From Limisphaerales bacterium (GTDB taxonomy: Bacteria; Verrucomicrobiota; Verrucomicrobiia; Limisphaerales; JAJOIW01), in assembly GCA_965657355.1 (NCBI GenBank), contig CBFHOE010000004.1:143584-207583 (forward strand): 64,000 nt of DNA, read 5' to 3'. The notes under the pieces are model-generated. The model did not search any database, was not told the DNA's origin, and saw only the letters and a program-made list of their open reading frames with translations. Below, in pieces: positions 60,813 to 64,000 of the stretch. Both the position numbers and the translations under genes were made by a program. How positions within the stretch are numbered: position 1 is the first letter of the stretch; each line of letters opens with the position of its first letter.

Positions 60813-61853
60813 ATGGAGAATACACAAGAAACTTTTACTTTTTCACTAGGGGATTTTGAATTACAAAGCGGAGAAATACTGAATGACGCCTTTTTGCTTG
60901 TCGACGTGCATGGACGACTTAATTCAGCAAAAAGTAACGCCATAGTTTTTGCCACATGTTTTGGAGGAGATCATAATTTTAATCAAATGGCTTATGGCGC
61001 TGGGCGGGCATTGGATCCTTCACTTTACTGCATTATTACTCCCAACCTTTTTTGTGGTGGACAATCCTCATCCCCAAGCAATGGGAACAAGCCACAAGAT
61101 GGACCAAGGTTTCCGGTAATCACCTATTACGATAACATCAATGCTCAACATAAATTGTTGGACGAGTATTTTGGTATTAGTCACCCTCTCTTATACATGG
61201 GTTTTTCTATGGGGGCTCAACAAGCCTTTCATTGGGGAGCCATACATGGTGACAAAACAGGTGGGATTGTCCCAATTTGCGGGGCAGCGAAAACAACCTT
61301 TCAAAACTGGATTGCATTAGAAGGTTGTAAATTGGCTCTGACGGCGGATTCGGCGTTCGAAAATGGAGATTACACATCACCGCCATCTATTGGATTAAAG
61401 GCTTTTACTATGAATTACACGTCTCGATTGTTCGATCAAAAAGGGTATGAAGAGAATTTACATTTAGGACTTTTTGGCGGTCTTGAAAATGACGAAAGCT
61501 ACTTTAAGACGTTAAATGATCTTTTTGGTGGAATTGATGCTAACAACTTGATAGGGATGGCCAATACTTGGCAGCGAGGAAATATTGGAGCTCATGAAAA
61601 GTTTGGAGGCGATATAGGCAAAGCGCTTTCAAATATTTTATGTCCTGCCATAGTCATGCCTTCTTCCTCGGATATTTCATTTAGCGCTCGTGACAACGTG
61701 CCCGAAGTGTCTCAAATGCCAAATGCTGAATTAAAAATCATAGACTCAAATTATGGGCATTTGGCTGGCAGTATGTCTCCTGCATTATCTTCAGAAAATG
61801 ATGTCAAGTTCATTGACGACGCTATTATGGGGCTGCTCAAAAGTATCGGCTAA
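60813..61853 (+). CDS. Alpha/beta hydrolase of the homoserine O-acetyltransferase superfamily (non-canonical)
   Basis: F.LQSG, SSSPSN, GFSMGAQQA nucleophile elbow and YGH catalytic His. Lacks the HALTG motif of canonical MetX. Confidence 0.75.
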   Translation: MENTQETFTFSLGDFELQSGEILNDAFLLVDVHGRLNSAKSNAIVFATCFGGDHNFNQMAYGAGRALDPSLYCIITPNLFCGGQSSSPSNGNKPQDGPRFPVITYYDNINAQHKLLDEYFGISHPLLYMGFSMGAQQAFHWGAIHGDKTGGIVPICGAAKTTFQNWIALEGCKLALTADSAFENGDYTSPPSIGLKAFTMNYTSRLFDQKGYEENLHLGLFGGLENDESYFKTLNDLFGGIDANNLIGMANTWQRGNIGAHEKFGGDIGKALSNILCPAIVMPSSSDISFSARDNVPEVSQMPNAELKIIDSNYGHLAGSMSPALSSENDVKFIDDAIMGLLKSIG

Positions 61854-62197
61854 ATATTCAGTTTCAATTGACTTCAGCATTCCATTATAATTCTTTCGGT
61901 CAAATTTTTTAAACAAAGCCCCCGAAGTAGTGAATGATATGTAATTCATTTACTTACAAATTTTGAGGTTTGGTTTGTCCATTTTTATCCATGAGACTGT
62001 CGACCTAAAAAGATTATCTTTTTTATAAACGCAATGTTTTATGAATATTTGGAAACTGCCAATGGAACTCAATGATGAATGGTTTAAGCTAAATAAAATG
62101 AGTTTTGATACGCCGCCATCTGAATATACGTTTTCGAATTAAAAAATGTTATCATTTCCCGTCACTATACCTGGGTTGATGTCCTGAGGCTGTTATT

Positions 62198-63400
62198 CTA
62201 ATTGTTTTCCGGATTGGAATGAAACCATTCCAAAGGAATAAGAGCGACTTTTAGATGGATTTCTTTTCGGTTCCACGCGGGCTTGGCAAGCATGTATGTA
62301 AGCAGGGCGTGATCTTTCGTAAAAAAACAATCAAGATTTGTGTATTCAGCTTTGGGCTCTTTAGCAACATGCCCAATAATTTTCCATGTCTTACCGGTAT
62401 CAGAAGAAATGGCGGCGGTTAATGGTGTTCGCTCTCCAAAATGATGATGGTTTTTTTCGTAACGGCTATTGTTCCAAAATAGGATGAGTTTTTTTGTGCC
62501 CGGCAATCGACGCAGACAGGTACCAGATTCGCCACCTTCGAGGCCTCCGAACGTTGCTTTTGACCAAGTCTTTCCTCCATCGACTGATCTTGCAAAATAA
62601 GGACCTCCTAGTTGTGTTCTCAGAGACATGATAAGATTATTCTTTTTCAATTCTGAGACTGATGCTTCCATTGCGCCCCGTTTGGCTAGGTTGATTGCGT
62701 TTGATTTTCTCCAGCTATCACCGCCATCGTCGCTGTAAAGGCACCAAGCAGAATTTTTCTGGCTCCATTGGTTCCCCGTACCTCCATGAAATGGTACAAT
62801 GAGTCGGCCAGACTCCAACTCCATTATGCTGCTGGTGCCACCCTGAAGTAATTGACCATTTGATACCTTCCATAATGGAGCCAGCTCTTTAAATGTAACG
62901 CCATCATCGTCAGAAGAAAATAGGCACATTGTGCTGCTGTTTCCTCCCTTGTGTGCTCTCAGGCAGATCATTAATAGTTTTCCTGATTTAGTTTTAAGGA
63001 GCCCTGGGGCTTGCACATTCATGTCTCCTTTGGCCACATCAACAAGGAGTCTTGGTTTTTTCCACGAAAAGCCTCCGTCAGAACTTATTTTTGACCAGAT
63101 GCGACATATTCCATGATCATGCCCATCGTTATTACCTTTTTCATATTTATGATAGACGACCATGAGTTGGCCGTCCGAAAGGGGTGCTATTGAGGCAGTA
63201 TCGCTGCGAGGAACACTGTCTGTAGCCGGTTCGATCGTAGTGTGTATTATATCTGCAGCTTTGGCGGCCATTGGCAATTGATTGATGAGAATCGAAAAAA
63301 TGGCCATAGCAAAGCCTATTCTTCGGAGGCTTTTAAAAAAGATGATAGGAATAAAACTGTAGTAAGGAGTTTTGTTATTTTTTAGCGATTTGGTTTTCAC
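62198..63400 (-). CDS. Sialidase-family (BNR/Asp-box repeat) protein, probably exported
   Basis: Five Asp-boxes: SSDGGFSW, SDDDGVTF, SDDGGDSW, SVDGGKTW and SSDTGKTW. Start uncertain (GTG 63400 or ATG 63307; the ORF track gives 63565). Confidence 0.82.
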   Translation of the reverse strand: MKTKSLKNNKTPYYSFIPIIFFKSLRRIGFAMAIFSILINQLPMAAKAADIIHTTIEPATDSVPRSDTASIAPLSDGQLMVVYHKYEKGNNDGHDHGICRIWSKISSDGGFSWKKPRLLVDVAKGDMNVQAPGLLKTKSGKLLMICLRAHKGGNSSTMCLFSSDDDGVTFKELAPLWKVSNGQLLQGGTSSIMELESGRLIVPFHGGTGNQWSQKNSAWCLYSDDGGDSWRKSNAINLAKRGAMEASVSELKKNNLIMSLRTQLGGPYFARSVDGGKTWSKATFGGLEGGESGTCLRRLPGTKKLILFWNNSRYEKNHHHFGERTPLTAAISSDTGKTWKIIGHVAKEPKAEYTNLDCFFTKDHALLTYMLAKPAWNRKEIHLKVALIPLEWFHSNPENN

Positions 63401-64000
63401 AGCAATTCGATAATATTTTAGCACCAATCCTTTGGTTTGGTGAAGAAATGTTCCTGATAATGTTAAAAATGGTCGCTCCCTCACGTAGGGGAGTGGTCCG
63501 ACTGGGACAACATATTTTATTAGAATATACAATAAGGGGTCTTTTAAAAAAACTGTGAAATTCAAAGTAAACCAAAATTTAATTTCGTGGTTAACTTGTT
63601 CCTGGCTTTCTTTTTATAATTAAAAATTCAGACACAAAATTTAAGTGTTCGTTGGCACCGACTAGGCCTTCATTATTTAACAACCCACCAAATGAAAGTT
63701 TGAGATTCGACATATTAGTGGTTTTTATTACAACTATTTTCAATATTCGTGACACTACAGGTGTCAGTGATTATGTCCAAAGCTTTAGGAGTAAAAAAGG
63801 GCCGACCTTATCTTTACGTATACCGAATTTATAAATTGCTGTTATATAGAAGTTTAATCGATATCCGGACAGTTTGACGCCAATCCGTTTGAATTTCTCC
63901 AGCATTTTTGATTCGTCTAAAATATTACTCAATAAAAAAGTATTTAATTTCGAGCTTTATATTTTGATTCCTGAGAGTAAACAACCAAATCATCTGAGTT

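Noticed and set aside
63566..64000. Short ORFs (63652-63834 + and a 44-aa minus-strand ORF) at the window end
   Set aside because: No recognisable homology, and the context is truncated by the window edge.

Overview
Bacterial chromosomal window that looks AT-rich by eye (GC not computed), densely coded with about 45 genes. It is most likely from a heterotrophic, glycan-degrading member of the PVC superphylum (Verrucomicrobiota-like). This assignment is inferred from the dnaB-bamA-skp gene order, a lamin-tail/CotH mosaic protein, a PVC-type heme-c protein, DUF1080, a sulfatase and a sialidase-like protein. Housekeeping genes include cca (partial), rlhA-like U32, dnaB, bamA, skp, miaB, purM, alaS, ptsH, pyk and tlyA. 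There is also an oxidative L-sugar catabolism cluster and an fdhD/ydeP pair. I saw no rRNA, tRNA or CRISPR array. Top finding: a two-gene unit at 6603-9376 (minus strand) resembles a highly divergent copper membrane monooxygenase (pMMO/AMO). Gene 1 carries both PmoC copper-site motifs at the expected spacing (D-x3-H-x12-H and D-x3-H-x13-H) followed by a PmoA-like half. Gene 2 has PmoB-like topology with a predicted N-terminal His and His-rich motifs. Second finding: a HUH/Y1 (RAYT-like) transposase enclosed by perfect 23-bp inverted repeats with palindromic cores (55715-57186). All family assignments come from motif recognition; no database searches were run.
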